From contig CAWKBC010000029.1 of NCBI GenBank assembly GCA_963847705.1, positions 224,001 through 288,000 on the forward strand: a stretch of DNA of 64,000 nt, written 5' to 3'. A model generated the notes under the pieces. It ran no database searches, had not been told where the DNA came from, and was given only the letters and a program-made list of their open reading frames with translations. Each line of letters starts with the position of its first letter. Positions within the stretch are counted from its first letter, which is position 1. A program made the translations under genes and the position numbers. This DNA is from an uncultured Pseudomonadota bacterium. Lineage in GTDB: Bacteria; Myxococcota_A; Polyangia; Fen-1088. Positions 20,303 through 31,556 of the stretch are shown piece by piece.

Positions 20303-21183
20303 GTGTTCGCCGATTTGCGAAAGCTATCTTTGTCCTTTGGTACCGCAACAGCCTTGGCCAGCCTCGCACCATCGTTTGCGATGGCTGGGTCCCCCCGAGC
20401 GCCCCCGCGGCTTCAGTCCCCGACAGCGACGCCGGCGGTGAGGTCCACGCCGACACCTGCCTGGCGCGGACGGTCTGCTCGGTGAAAGAAAAAATTCGCT
20501 GGCAAACCCCTGCCTGGACACCCTCGCAATGCGGGCGGATCGCCGACGCCGTCGCCACCTCGGCGAAGCGCCACGATCTGAGCCCCACGCTGCTGTTGGC
20601 GATCATGGTCAACGAGAGCGACATGAACGAGAAAGCCGCGCGGATTTACACCCGTGACGGGAAGGTCTACGCCAAGGACGGCGGGTTGATGGCGATCCGT
20701 TGCCTGCTCGACGATCACGATCGCTGTACGAACGGGAACGTTCGCGGCGTCGCCTGGAAGGATCTCATGGATCCGGTGACCAACATCGAGCTCGGCGCCC
20801 GCGAGCTGGCGCATTGGCGCGATGGCGGCGGCGTGATGAGCAAGACCATCGTCAAGCTGGACGCCCAGGGTCACCGGCAACGCGTGACGAAAGACGTCCC
20901 CTGCGATCACAAGACCCACGGCTGGTGGGCGCACTACAACCACGGACCGCGCTACATCGACAAAGGGTACCCGCGGCACTATCCGCATCGGATTGCGGTG
21001 CTCGATCATGCGTTCGCGACGGTGATGAACACGCCCACGCCCGAGCTGACGGCGGGACGGATCACCATCCACGATCCGGGCAAGCGTGACCGCACGGTCG
21101 ATCGCCCGCTCGAACCACGTTACAAGAAGCTCTGCTCGCAGATCCTCTCCGGCGGGACCTGCGCGGCGATCGCGCTCAACTAG
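20303..21183 (+). CDS. Secreted lytic transglycosylase (SLT-like), apparent frameshift in C6 run at 20391-20396
   Basis: G-rich RBS, GTG start and a signal peptide ending AMA in one frame. LLLAIMVNES, GLM, NIELGA and AHYN lie in another frame. One extra C joins them. Confidence 0.75.
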
Positions 21184-22451
21184 CGGCCGACCGTGGCGTG
21201 GAGCGGAGCCGCGATCGGCTCCCAGGCAGACGCGGTGCTGATCCGCAGGCCCAGCGCAGTCCCGAGGCCGAGCGCTGCCAGCGAGAGTCCGATCGCGGCG
21301 GCCAGGTGCGGCCCGACCGGACGGAACCTCCACATGCGCCGACGCAGAGAGTGATCCTTCACCGTCGGCTGTTCTGGCAGCTCTGGTGCGGCAGGCTGGC
21401 GATTGAGGTGCAGGGCGCTCTCGACCGACGCCGGTCGCGCCAGCGGTGAGATCGCCTCGATCTCGCGAACGAAGGTCGCCACCTCGTCGAGGTGTTGTTG
21501 TGAGCCGACCACGAAATCGTCGAGGGCGCGCGCCATCTCGGCCGCCGTCGAGAACCGATTTCGGCGATCGCGCTCGAGCGCGCGCATCACGATCCGCTCC
21601 AACTCCTCGGGGACGTCAGCCCGGTGGTCGGTGAGACCCGGAATCTTCATCTCCATGATCTTCTTGGCCGTGTGCAGATCGCTGTCGCCGGCGAAGAGGT
21701 GCTGCAAGGAGAGCATCTCGTGCATCACGATGCCGAGCGCGAAGAGATCGACGCGCCCGTCGATCGGTTTGCCCTCCAGTTGCTCGGGCGCGAGATAAGC
21801 AGGCTTTCCTTTCACCGTCCCGGCGCGCGTCGATCTGGCGGCGCTGGTGAACTTGGCCACCCCGAAGTCGAGCAGCTTCACCCCGCCCCACGGCGTCACG
21901 ATCATGTTGGACGGAGTGACGTCGCGATGAACCACCTCGAGCCGCACGCCGTTGTCGTCCTGCAGCCGGTGAACGCAGTCGAGCGCCCGGCAGATCTCGC
22001 GTCCGATGTACGCCGCGATCGCGGGCGGCATGCGCCGGTTGGCCGCGCGCAGGGCCCGCAGGATGCGCGACAGCGACGGTCCCTCGACGTACTCGAGGGC
22101 CAGGTAGAGGGTCCCCTCGTCCTCGCCGAACTCGAACGCCTGCACCACGTTGGGGTGGTGAATGAGGCCGAGGATCCGAGCTTCGTCGGAGAACATGCGG
22201 ACAAAGTCCTCGTCGCGTCCATAGGCCGGGAGGATCCGCTTGACCACCACGTCGCGCTCGAAGCCGGCCGGGCCGATGGCGCGGGCCTTGAACACCTCGG
22301 CCATCCCTCCGGTGCCGAGTGGGTGCAGGAGCTCGTAGTGACCGAGCCTCTGCGCCCCTTCAATCCGCCGCCGCGCGCGCGTCAACCACGGTGTCTTCCC
22401 GAACAGTCTTTCCAACAGCACGGCCGTGCCTCCAATCGCTCCCCCACGCAT
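21180..22451 (-). CDS. Ser/Thr protein kinase with C-terminal TM helix
   Basis: LGTGGMAEV, VVKR, HRDVTPSN, DFG and APE motifs. Confidence 0.95.
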   Translation of the reverse strand: MRGGAIGGTAVLLERLFGKTPWLTRARRRIEGAQRLGHYELLHPLGTGGMAEVFKARAIGPAGFERDVVVKRILPAYGRDEDFVRMFSDEARILGLIHHPNVVQAFEFGEDEGTLYLALEYVEGPSLSRILRALRAANRRMPPAIAAYIGREICRALDCVHRLQDDNGVRLEVVHRDVTPSNMIVTPWGGVKLLDFGVAKFTSAARSTRAGTVKGKPAYLAPEQLEGKPIDGRVDLFALGIVMHEMLSLQHLFAGDSDLHTAKKIMEMKIPGLTDHRADVPEELERIVMRALERDRRNRFSTAAEMARALDDFVVGSQQHLDEVATFVREIEAISPLARPASVESALHLNRQPAAPELPEQPTVKDHSLRRRMWRFRPVGPHLAAAIGLSLAALGLGTALGLRISTASAWEPIAAPLHATVGR

Positions 22452-22501
22452 CTCCCCCGCGTCCCCAAGGTCTCCTGGAGGACATCTCGGCTAAAGAACA
22501 T

Positions 22502-22517
22502 CTCAAGAGTCGTGCCA
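22502..22517 (-). promoter_or_regulatory. sigma54 -24/-12 promoter for the kinase
   Basis: TGGCACG-ACTC-TTGAG on the minus strand, about 50 nt before the start codon. Confidence 0.7.
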
Positions 22518-22576
22518 ACCGACCGACAGGTCGGGCCTCGGACTTCCTGCCTCTAGCAGCGCGGAAGAAGCCCGGA

Positions 22577-22605
22577 CCGTAACGGCCAACCACCTGGAGT
22601 TACGG
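22577..22605. promoter_or_regulatory. Palindromic upstream activator site A
   Basis: CCGTAAC-N15-GTTACGG perfect inverted repeat. Confidence 0.55.
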
Positions 22606-22666
22606 CGACGTGACGGGCGCCAATCAACCCTGCCGCGCGCGATCTGGGCCTTAGCTTCAAGAGCAA

Positions 22667-24688
22667 ATGGACGGCGAAAAGAAGAAGCTGAAGTTCTCCA
22701 TCGGCTACCTCATCATCGCGTTTTGGGCGGTCCTGCTGCTGCAGCAGGTGTTCGGCGCCTATCTCCAGCCGACCCGCACGTCTTACAGCGATTTCAAAGC
22801 GGCCGTCGCTGCGGGCCGGGTCACCGACGTCGCGATCGGGCATGCCGTCATCCGCGGACACATGAAGACCGATGCGACGACAGCGGCCGAGGGGAAGGGC
22901 TCCCAGGCCCAACAGGGTCAGGCGGCGCAGGAACCGGAGCAAGGAACGGCGACGCAAGAGCAGCAAAAGGAACAGCGAAACGGACCGCCCAAAGGGTCGC
23001 AGTCGCCGCAGCAGCTGCAGAAGGAAACGGCGCGCGCCAATTCATTCGAGACGGTGCGGGTCGACGACGCGGAGCTGATGCGCGATCTCTCCACCCACGG
23101 CGTGAAGGTGACCGGCGTCGTCGAGAGCAGCTTCTGGAAGGACGCGGCCGGGTGGCTGATTCCGCTCGTGGTCCTCGGCTTCATCTGGATGGTGGTGCTC
23201 CGGCGCGTCGGCCAGGTCGGACAGAACGGATTTCTCGCCGTCGGCCGCAGCAAGGCCAAGGTCTACATGGAGAAGGATGTTCACGTTCGCTTCTCCGACG
23301 TCGCCGGTGTCGACGAGGCCAAGGAGGAGCTCGCCGAGGTGATCGACTTTCTGAAGACGCCCGCGCGATTCGGACGCCTCGGCGCCAAGCTGCCCAAGGG
23401 CGTGCTGCTGGTCGGACCGCCCGGAACCGGAAAGACGCTGCTGGCCCGGGCGGTCGCGGGTGAGGCGGGCGTCCCCTTCTTTTCCATCAGCGGCTCCGAC
23501 TTCGTCGAGATGTTCGTGGGCGTCGGCGCCGCGCGGGTGCGCGATCTGTTCGAGCAGGCAAAGCAGAAGGCCCCCTGCATCATCTTCGTCGACGAGCTCG
23601 ACGCGCTCGGCAAGGCGCGAGGCATCGGCCCGGTGACACACGAGGAGCGGGAGCAGACCCTCAACCAGCTGCTCGTGGAGCTGGACGGGTTCGACACGCG
23701 CGTGGGCGTCATTCTGATGGCCGCCACCAACCGGCCGGAGATCCTCGACCCGGCGCTGCTGCGGGCCGGCCGGTTCGATCGCCACGTCCTCGTCGACAGG
23801 CCCGACCGCATCGCGCGCCTGGAGATCCTCAAGCTGCACGCCAGCAAGGTCCCCATCGAGTCGCCCCACGATCTGGAGGTGATCGCCGCCATGACCGCCG
23901 GCTTCGTGGGCGCCGATCTGGCCAACATCATCAACGAGGCGGCGCTGCTGGGGGTGCGGCGAGATCGCGATCGGGTCGGAATGTCCGAGCTGCAGGAGGC
24001 GGTCGAGCGGATCGTGGCCGGCTTGGAGAAAAAGAACCGCGTCCTCTCCCCCGCCGAGAAGAAGCGGGTCGCCCACCACGAGCTGGGACACGCGCTGGTG
24101 GCGCTCTCCTTCCCCAATGGCGAAGGCGTTCACAAGATCTCGATCATCCCCCGCGGCATCTCGGCGCTCGGCTACACGATGCAGGCCCCGACCGAGGATC
24201 GCTTTCTCATGACCGAGAGCGAGCTCAAGAGCAAGGTCGCGACCCTGCTGGGCGGCCGCGCCGCCGAAGAGCTCATCTACGACGAGGTCTCGACGGGCGC
24301 CCACGACGATCTCAGCAAGGCGACCGACATCGCGCGCAGCATGGTGAAGACCTTCGGGATGAGCCCGCGGGTCGGTCAGGTCAGCTTCGAGAAGGATCGC
24401 CGGTCGCTCATGCTGCAGGCCCCAGGTGAGCCCCAGCTCCGCGGCGACTACAGCGAACAGACGGCGCGCTCGATCGACGACGAGGTTCGCCGGATCATCG
24501 ACGAACAACACGAGCGGGCCACCGAGATCCTCTCCCAGCGCCACCAGGTGCTGCTGCGCGCCGCGCAGCTCCTGCTGACCAAGGAGACGATCACCGGGCA
24601 GGAGCTACGTGACCTGCTCGCGGCGAGTGAACCGTCGGAGCCTGCGACAGACGAACAGCCGCAGGCCTCCGACGTTCACGCCGTCTAG
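22667..24688 (+). CDS. ftsH: ATP-dependent zinc metalloprotease FtsH
   Basis: Two TM segments, [34 protein letters not shown] and HELGH motifs. Confidence 0.97.
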   Translation: MDGEKKKLKFSIGYLIIAFWAVLLLQQVFGAYLQPTRTSYSDFKAAVAAGRVTDVAIGHAVIRGHMKTDATTAAEGKGSQAQQGQAAQEPEQGTATQEQQKEQRNGPPKGSQSPQQLQKETARANSFETVRVDDAELMRDLSTHGVKVTGVVESSFWKDAAGWLIPLVVLGFIWMVVLRRVGQVGQNGFLAVGRSKAKVYMEKDVHVRFSDVAGVDEAKEELAEVIDFLKTPARFGRLGAKLPKGVLLVGPPGTGKTLLARAVAGEAGVPFFSISGSDFVEMFVGVGAARVRDLFEQAKQKAPCIIFVDELDALGKARGIGPVTHEEREQTLNQLLVELDGFDTRVGVILMAATNRPEILDPALLRAGRFDRHVLVDRPDRIARLEILKLHASKVPIESPHDLEVIAAMTAGFVGADLANIINEAALLGVRRDRDRVGMSELQEAVERIVAGLEKKNRVLSPAEKKRVAHHELGHALVALSFPNGEGVHKISIIPRGISALGYTMQAPTEDRFLMTESELKSKVATLLGGRAAEELIYDEVSTGAHDDLSKATDIARSMVKTFGMSPRVGQVSFEKDRRSLMLQAPGEPQLRGDYSEQTARSIDDEVRRIIDEQHERATEILSQRHQVLLRAAQLLLTKETITGQELRDLLAASEPSEPATDEQPQASDVHAV

Positions 24689-24696
24689 CTGAAAGT

Positions 24697-24729
24697 AAAA
24701 CGGCGGCAGCGATTGCTCGCCGCCGCCGT
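24697..24729 (-). terminator. Intrinsic terminator between converging genes
   Basis: acggcggc...gccgccgt stem followed by TTTT on the minus strand. Confidence 0.55.
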
Positions 24730-24759
24730 CGTTGTGGATTGGATTTCTAGCGCCGGCCG

Positions 24760-25854
24760 TTAGCCGCCCGCGCCACCGGCGCCACCGCACATGTATCGAT
24801 CACCGCCGCCGCCGCCAGCCATGCAGGTGCAGGTCGCGCCAGCCGTGTCCGTGCAGGTGGTCCCTGCGCCCGTGCACGCCGCGAAGGCCCGGCAAGCGTT
24901 GCCGCCGGCGCCCGCGGCGCCGTTCTCGCCGCCAGCGCCACCGCCGCAGGTGTAGCGGCGCGTGCCGCCGGGCCCCGCACCGCAGGTGCAGGTCGCTCCC
25001 GCCGTGTCCCGGCAGGTCTCCACGCCGGTGCAGGCCCCGTCGGCCACGCAGGCGCCGCCGCCAGCGCCCGCCGCGCCGTTCGCGCCGCCCGCGCCACCGC
25101 CGCAGGTGTACCGGCGCGTGCCGCCGGGTCCCGCGCCGCAGGTGCAGGTCGCTCCCGCCGTGTCCCGGCAGGTCTCCACGCCGGTGCAGGTCCCGTCGGC
25201 CACGCAGGCGCCGCCGCCAGCGCCCGCCGCGCCGTTCGCGCCGCCCGCGCCACCGCCGCAGGTGTAGCGGCGCGTGCCGCCGGGCCCCGCGCCGCAGGTG
25301 CAGGTCGCTCCCGCCGTGTCCCTACAGGTCTCCGTGCCCGTGCAGGTCCCGTCGGCGACGCAGGCTCCGCCGCCAGCGCCCGCCGCGCCGTTCGCGCCGC
25401 CCGCGCCACCGCCGCAGGTGTACCGGCGCGTGCCGCCGGCCCCCGCGCCGCAGGTGCAGGTCGCTCCCGCCGTGTCCTTACAGGTCTCCGTGCCCGTGCA
25501 GGTCCCGTCGGCGACGCAGGCTCCGCCGCCTGCACCGGCTCCGCCGGTCGTGCCGCCCGTCCCGGGCGTCCCGAAACCGCCGGTCCCGGTCGTCGTCGTG
25601 CCGCCCGTCCCGGGTGCCCCGAAACCGCCGGTCCCGGTCGTCGTCGTGCCGCCAGTTCCGGTCGTCGTCGTGCCGCCAGTTCCGGTCGTTCCGAAACCAC
25701 CGGTCCCGGTCGTCTCACCACCGGTCCCGGTGGTTCCGCCGGTCCCCTCTGTGCTGCTCGAGCCGCCGCAGCTTGGCGTAAAAACTGCCAAGGCGAGCAT
25801 TGCAAAGCCGCCGACGGCCAACAAAACCTTCTGGGACGTGATCAAGCGCTTCAT
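24760..25854 (-). CDS. Gly/Thr-rich lipoprotein with tandem six-Cys repeats
   Basis: Signal peptide ending TPSC, a TGTGG linker, four 52-aa repeats and one degenerate copy. Confidence 0.8.
   Translation of the reverse strand: MKRLITSQKVLLAVGGFAMLALAVFTPSCGGSSSTEGTGGTTGTGGETTGTGGFGTTGTGGTTTTGTGGTTTTGTGGFGAPGTGGTTTTGTGGFGTPGTGGTTGGAGAGGGACVADGTCTGTETCKDTAGATCTCGAGAGGTRRYTCGGGAGGANGAAGAGGGACVADGTCTGTETCRDTAGATCTCGAGPGGTRRYTCGGGAGGANGAAGAGGGACVADGTCTGVETCRDTAGATCTCGAGPGGTRRYTCGGGAGGANGAAGAGGGACVADGACTGVETCRDTAGATCTCGAGPGGTRRYTCGGGAGGENGAAGAGGNACRAFAACTGAGTTCTDTAGATCTCMAGGGGGDRYMCGGAGGAGG
24898..25521 (-). repeat. 156-bp coding tandem repeat, 4 copies (a degenerate fifth follows)
   Basis: Near-identical units encoding ACVADGTCTGxETCxDTAGATCTCGAGxGGTRRYTCGGGAGGANGAAGAGGG. 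Confidence 0.92.
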
Positions 25855-25927
25855 GAGGATCCCCCCGGGGATGATTGTTAACTGGTGGGATATGTGCGGC
25901 GCCCGGGGGGGCGTTATCAAAAAAAGA

Positions 25928-26137
25928 TCAGAGGTTCAACGGATTGTCTCCAGGTGACTTCTCTCCAGACGACGCGAACGAATGAACGGCCCTCGTCGAC
26001 TGCGCGTAGTGCGCCGCGTCGGAGACGAGCTGCGTCGTCTTCAGGCCTGCGGTCGCGGGGTGCCCCGGCGACAGGATCGCACCCCAGAGTGATCCAACGA
26101 TGACTGCCACACCCCAACGCAACAACAATGATCGCAT
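25928..26137 (-). CDS. Small secreted or membrane peptide (69 aa)
   Basis: GGAGG RBS 6 nt before ATG, hydrophobic signal-like N-terminus, directly behind a sigma54 promoter. Confidence 0.55.
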   Translation of the reverse strand: MRSLLLRWGVAVIVGSLWGAILSPGHPATAGLKTTQLVSDAAHYAQSTRAVHSFASSGEKSPGDNPLNL

Positions 26138-26164
26138 CTTGGGCCTCCGCTCGCCGCCAACCAA

Positions 26165-26180
26165 TGCAGGCTCGACGCCA
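26165..26180 (-). promoter_or_regulatory. sigma54 -24/-12 promoter
   Basis: TGGCGTCGAGCCTGCA with exact GG-N10-GC spacing, divergent from an NtrC-family gene. Confidence 0.6.
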
Positions 26181-26250
26181 AAGTGCTCGTCCGACCTACA
26201 TTGCAGTTTCGGGACCTTACGAAAGCGACGACGGCCGTCTGTTCCGCTCC

Positions 26251-26277
26251 GGTGACGGCGTCGGCGGCGCGGTTACC
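26251..26277. promoter_or_regulatory. Palindromic upstream activator site B
   Basis: GGTGAC-N15-GTTACC imperfect inverted repeat. Confidence 0.45.
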
Positions 26278-26362
26278 GCTCCCGGACGGGGATGACAATG
26301 GGGAGTCGCCCGCTCTTGCCTCGTTCAGGCCTGAACTTAAAAGAAGTTTCTAAGGGGACGGC

Positions 26363-27775
26363 GTGAACGCAGACCTTTCTTTGAAGTCATCGGCGGTGCC
26401 TCTCGCGGTCGGCTCGGGTGCGCTCAATGTCCTGCTGGTGGATGACGAGCCGGACATCGGTCTCGCCGCCGGCGAGGCACTGCGTGACGCCGGACACAGG
26501 GTGAGCGTCGCGACCACCGGGGCCCAGGCGCTCGATCTGGTCGGTCGACAGCTCTATGACGTCATGATCTGCGACATCAGGCTTCCGGGAATCGACGGGC
26601 TGACGCTGTTTCGACGGACCCGGCAGGAGTCGCCCGAGACCACGGTGATCCTGATGACCGCCTTCGCCGCGGTTCAGGACGCAGTGGCCGCCGTCAAAGA
26701 AGGCGCGCACGACTACCTGACCAAACCGTTCGACATCGACGAGATCACCTTGAGGGTCCGCCGCATCGCGGAGCACCGGGCGCTCTTGCGCGAGCTCGAC
26801 GACGCGCGCGCACAGCTGGCCGAGCACAAGGCCGACGAGACGGTGATCGGTCGCTCGGCGCAGATGTTGAGGCTGATGGATCGGGTCAACACCATCGCCA
26901 CCAGCCACGCGCCGGTCCTGATCCGGGGGGAGAGCGGCACCGGGAAAGAGCTGGTCGCGCGGGCCCTGCACGAGCGCGGGCCCCGCCGGGGAAACGCCTT
27001 CGTCGCGGTCAACTGCGCGGCGTTCCCGGACACGCTGCTGGAGGCGGAGCTGTTCGGCCACGAGCGTGGCGCCTTCACCGGCGCGGTCCGGCGCCGCGAC
27101 GGGCGGTTTCGGGCGGCGCACGGTGGGACGCTGCTGCTCGACGAGGTGGCCGAGATGTCGCTCCCCGCGCAAGCCAAGCTGCTGCGCGTGCTGCAGGAAG
27201 GGACCGTCGAGCCGCTCGGCACCAACGAGTCGCTGCGGGTGGACGTGCGGGTCATCTCGGCGACCCACCGCGACCTCAAGGAGCGGATCGCCGACGGCAG
27301 GTTCCGGGAAGATCTCTACTACCGGCTCAACGTCCTGGACGTCGACATCCCGCCGCTGCGCGATCGCCGGGGCGACCTGCCGCTCCTGGTGCAGTACTTC
27401 CTGAAGAAGTTCACCCGGCCGGGGCGCGATCTTCCCAACGTCTCACCGGCGGCCTGGGGCGCGCTGTCGCAGTTCAGCTTCCCGGGAAACGTCCGCGAGC
27501 TGGGCCACGCCATCGAGCACGCAGCGGTGCTGGCGGACGGCGGCGACATCGACGTCCGCCACCTGCCGCGGGACATCGCCCAGGCGGGCGAGATCCCCGA
27601 GGGGCCTTCGGCGCCGCCCCGACCGCTCGGAACGGCGCTCAAGGAGTTCGAGCGCGAGTACCTGCAGCGGGCGCTGGCGCAGGCCGACGGCAAGCGCACG
27701 GTGGCCGCCGAGATCCTGGGTATCTCCCGCAAGAACCTCTGGGAGAAGCTCCGCATGCACGGCTTCAACGAGTGA
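26363..27775 (+). CDS. sigma54-dependent response regulator (NtrC/AtoC family)
   Basis: REC domain (VDDE, CD, KP), GESGTGKE, GAFTGA, FREDLYYRLNV and C-terminal Fis HTH. Confidence 0.96.
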   Translation: MNADLSLKSSAVPLAVGSGALNVLLVDDEPDIGLAAGEALRDAGHRVSVATTGAQALDLVGRQLYDVMICDIRLPGIDGLTLFRRTRQESPETTVILMTAFAAVQDAVAAVKEGAHDYLTKPFDIDEITLRVRRIAEHRALLRELDDARAQLAEHKADETVIGRSAQMLRLMDRVNTIATSHAPVLIRGESGTGKELVARALHERGPRRGNAFVAVNCAAFPDTLLEAELFGHERGAFTGAVRRRDGRFRAAHGGTLLLDEVAEMSLPAQAKLLRVLQEGTVEPLGTNESLRVDVRVISATHRDLKERIADGRFREDLYYRLNVLDVDIPPLRDRRGDLPLLVQYFLKKFTRPGRDLPNVSPAAWGALSQFSFPGNVRELGHAIEHAAVLADGGDIDVRHLPRDIAQAGEIPEGPSAPPRPLGTALKEFEREYLQRALAQADGKRTVAAEILGISRKNLWEKLRMHGFNE

Positions 27776-27851
27776 GTCCCACGACGGACTTGCTCGCCAA
27801 AGCCAGGCGATCGACCGCCTCCGCCCAAGCCGCGAAGCCGAGCCGCGAAGG

Positions 27852-28205
27852 CTACGGGGCCTGGAACTCGGAGGGCGGCGCGGCGCCCGGAAGCGACATC
27901 GGGTTGCGCGTCAGCAGATCGCCGAAGACGCCGGTCATCATGACCAGCGTGAAGACCAGCGAGACGGAGAAGACCAGCCTGTTGGCGCCCGGGGCCTCCG
28001 TCATGTGCATGAAGAAGAGCACGACCAAGGTCGCCTTGAAGATGGCGATGATCAGCGCGAGATAGATGTTCGGGTGGTAGTGCCCGGTGTAGACGGTGAG
28101 CCCCGTGCAGGCGAGCAGCACGATCCAGACGAGCCAGTAGCGTCCGGCTCCGTGTTCGTGGTGCTCGGCTTTTCCGGCTTCGGTCTGGGCTGGTTCGTGG
28201 GCCAC
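27852..28205 (-). CDS. coxD: Cytochrome c oxidase subunit IV (caa3 type)
   Basis: Three TM helices, KATLVVLFFMH motif, last gene of the cox cluster. Confidence 0.88.
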   Translation of the reverse strand: MAHEPAQTEAGKAEHHEHGAGRYWLVWIVLLACTGLTVYTGHYHPNIYLALIIAIFKATLVVLFFMHMTEAPGANRLVFSVSLVFTLVMMTGVFGDLLTRNPMSLPGAAPPSEFQAP

Positions 28206-28224
28206 GATTTGAGTCTCCGTACGC

Positions 28225-28861
28225 TGAGATCAGATAGAGCAGCGGAAAAAGGAAGATCCAGACCAGGTCGACGAGGTGCCAGTAGAGCCCGCCCAGCTCC
28301 ACCGGAACGTAGTTCGTCGCCGAGAACTCCCCCTTGAGGACGCGCGCCAGGATCCAGATCAGGATCGACATGCCCACGATGACGTGGAAGGCGTGCAGGC
28401 CGGTGGAGAGGAAGTAGATGGTGTAGTAGAGGTTCGCCCCTGGCGCCGTCACTTCCGCGTAGTGATAGAAGGCCCCCGGCAGCGCCCCTTCCTGGAACTT
28501 GTGGTGGTACTCGATCGCCTTGATGCACAAGAAGGCGAAGGCGCAGAGGATGGTGAAGATCAGCAGCGCCGCGCACTGCTTCTTCTTGTTCAGCTTGATG
28601 GCGTGGTAGGCCAGCGCGACGCTCAAGCTGCTGGTGATGAGGACGATCGTGTTGGTCGTTCCCGCCCAGAGGTCGAGGTGGCGCGACGCCTCGTGAAACG
28701 CCTCGTAGTAGAAGTGGCGGTAGACGGTGTAGCCCAGGAAGAGCCCGGCGAAGAGCAGCACCTCGGTGCCGAGGAAGAGCCACATCCCGAGGCGGACGGC
28801 GTAGTCCTGCTTCTCGATCGTCTCGAAGTGGTGCGCCAGGTGCGGCTTGGTGAGGCCGTCC

Positions 28862-28875
<14 letters not shown>
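28225..28875 (-). CDS. coxC: Cytochrome c oxidase subunit III (expected stop codon reads TCA)
   Basis: GMWLFLGTE, TGLHAFHV and GLYWHLVDLVWIFLFPLLYLI. Homology ends near 28228 but the ORF runs on. Confidence 0.92.
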
Positions 28876-30488
<1,613 letters not shown>

Positions 30489-30517
<29 letters not shown>

Positions 30518-31556
30518 AAATCGCTTCCTTCGAGGGGACGGCCTCGAGACCCGGCGTTCGCAACGACTTGATGAACTCGACCAGCGCGGCGGCGTCTGGC
30601 GCTGCCAGCCGCCCCTTGTAGGTCGGCATCAGGGGCTTGAAGCCCTTGACGATCTTCCCGCGCGGGTCGATCATCGAATCGGTCAGGTAGGCCTCGTCGG
30701 CGATCACGGTCTCGCCGTTCTCCAGGACCTCTTTCTTGTTGTAGAGGTCGAGCCAGGTCGGACCGATGTGCGGCTCGCCGTCGAGGGAGTGGCACTTGAC
30801 GCATCCCTGGTTCATGGCGACCTGCTTTCCATACTCGACGATCGAGCCGTGGAAGCCCGGACCGTCGTCGCCGCCCGAGTCGACGCGCGCGGAGAGCGAC
30901 CCTTTGCGCTGCTCGAGCATCCACTGGTCGAACTCGGACCCCTCCATCACCACCACCTCGCCCCACATCTGCGAGTGCCAGGTGCCGCAATACTGCGAGC
31001 AGAGGATCTGATAGCGCCCGGGCTTGGTCGCCTCGAACCAGGTCTCGGTGTAACGGCCGGGGATGACGTCTTGCTTGATCCGGAAGTCGGGGACGAAGAA
31101 CGAGTGGATGACGTCGCGGCTGGTCATGAGCAGCCGGACCGGGCGGTTGGCGGGGACGTGCAGCGTCGCGATGGCGTTCGGCCCCTCGGCGCCGTAGGAG
31201 AACTTCCACATCCACTTCTTGGCCATCACGTACACGTCCATCGCGTTCTCGGGCGGCGTCGTGTACCAGACGTAGTCCTTGTAGCCCTGCACGAACCAGA
31301 GCAGGAAGAAGAAGAGCGGCACGCTGATGACCAGGATCTCGAACTTCACGCTGGGGATGACCAGCGGCGTCGACTGCCTGGGGCGTCGTTCGCGATACTT
31401 GAAGAAGAAGACGAACGCCAGGAGGCCGGTGATCGTCGAGGCGATCATCGTCACCGTGATGACGAAGAAGTGGAGCCGATCGACCGGGACCGCGAACGTC
31501 GAGGCCGGGTCCGGCAGAAAGAGCAGGTGACGCATCAGATCTTCGATGGCGGTCAT
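30489..31556 (-). CDS. coxB: Cytochrome c oxidase subunit II with fused cytochrome c (caa3)
   Basis: DVIHSF, CuA motif CSQYCGTWHSQM and C-terminal CVKCH. True start may be a few codons later. Confidence 0.95.

Noticed and set aside
24788-25521. Possible CRISPR or non-coding repeat array; Pro-rich plus-strand ORFs
   Set aside because: The 156-bp units are in-frame coding repeats of the minus-strand lipoprotein. The plus-strand ORFs are antisense shadows.
27319-28224. 518-aa extended CoxC as a novel fusion
   Set aside because: The extension is out-of-frame, low-complexity sequence over coxD and the regulator, best explained by a lost stop codon.
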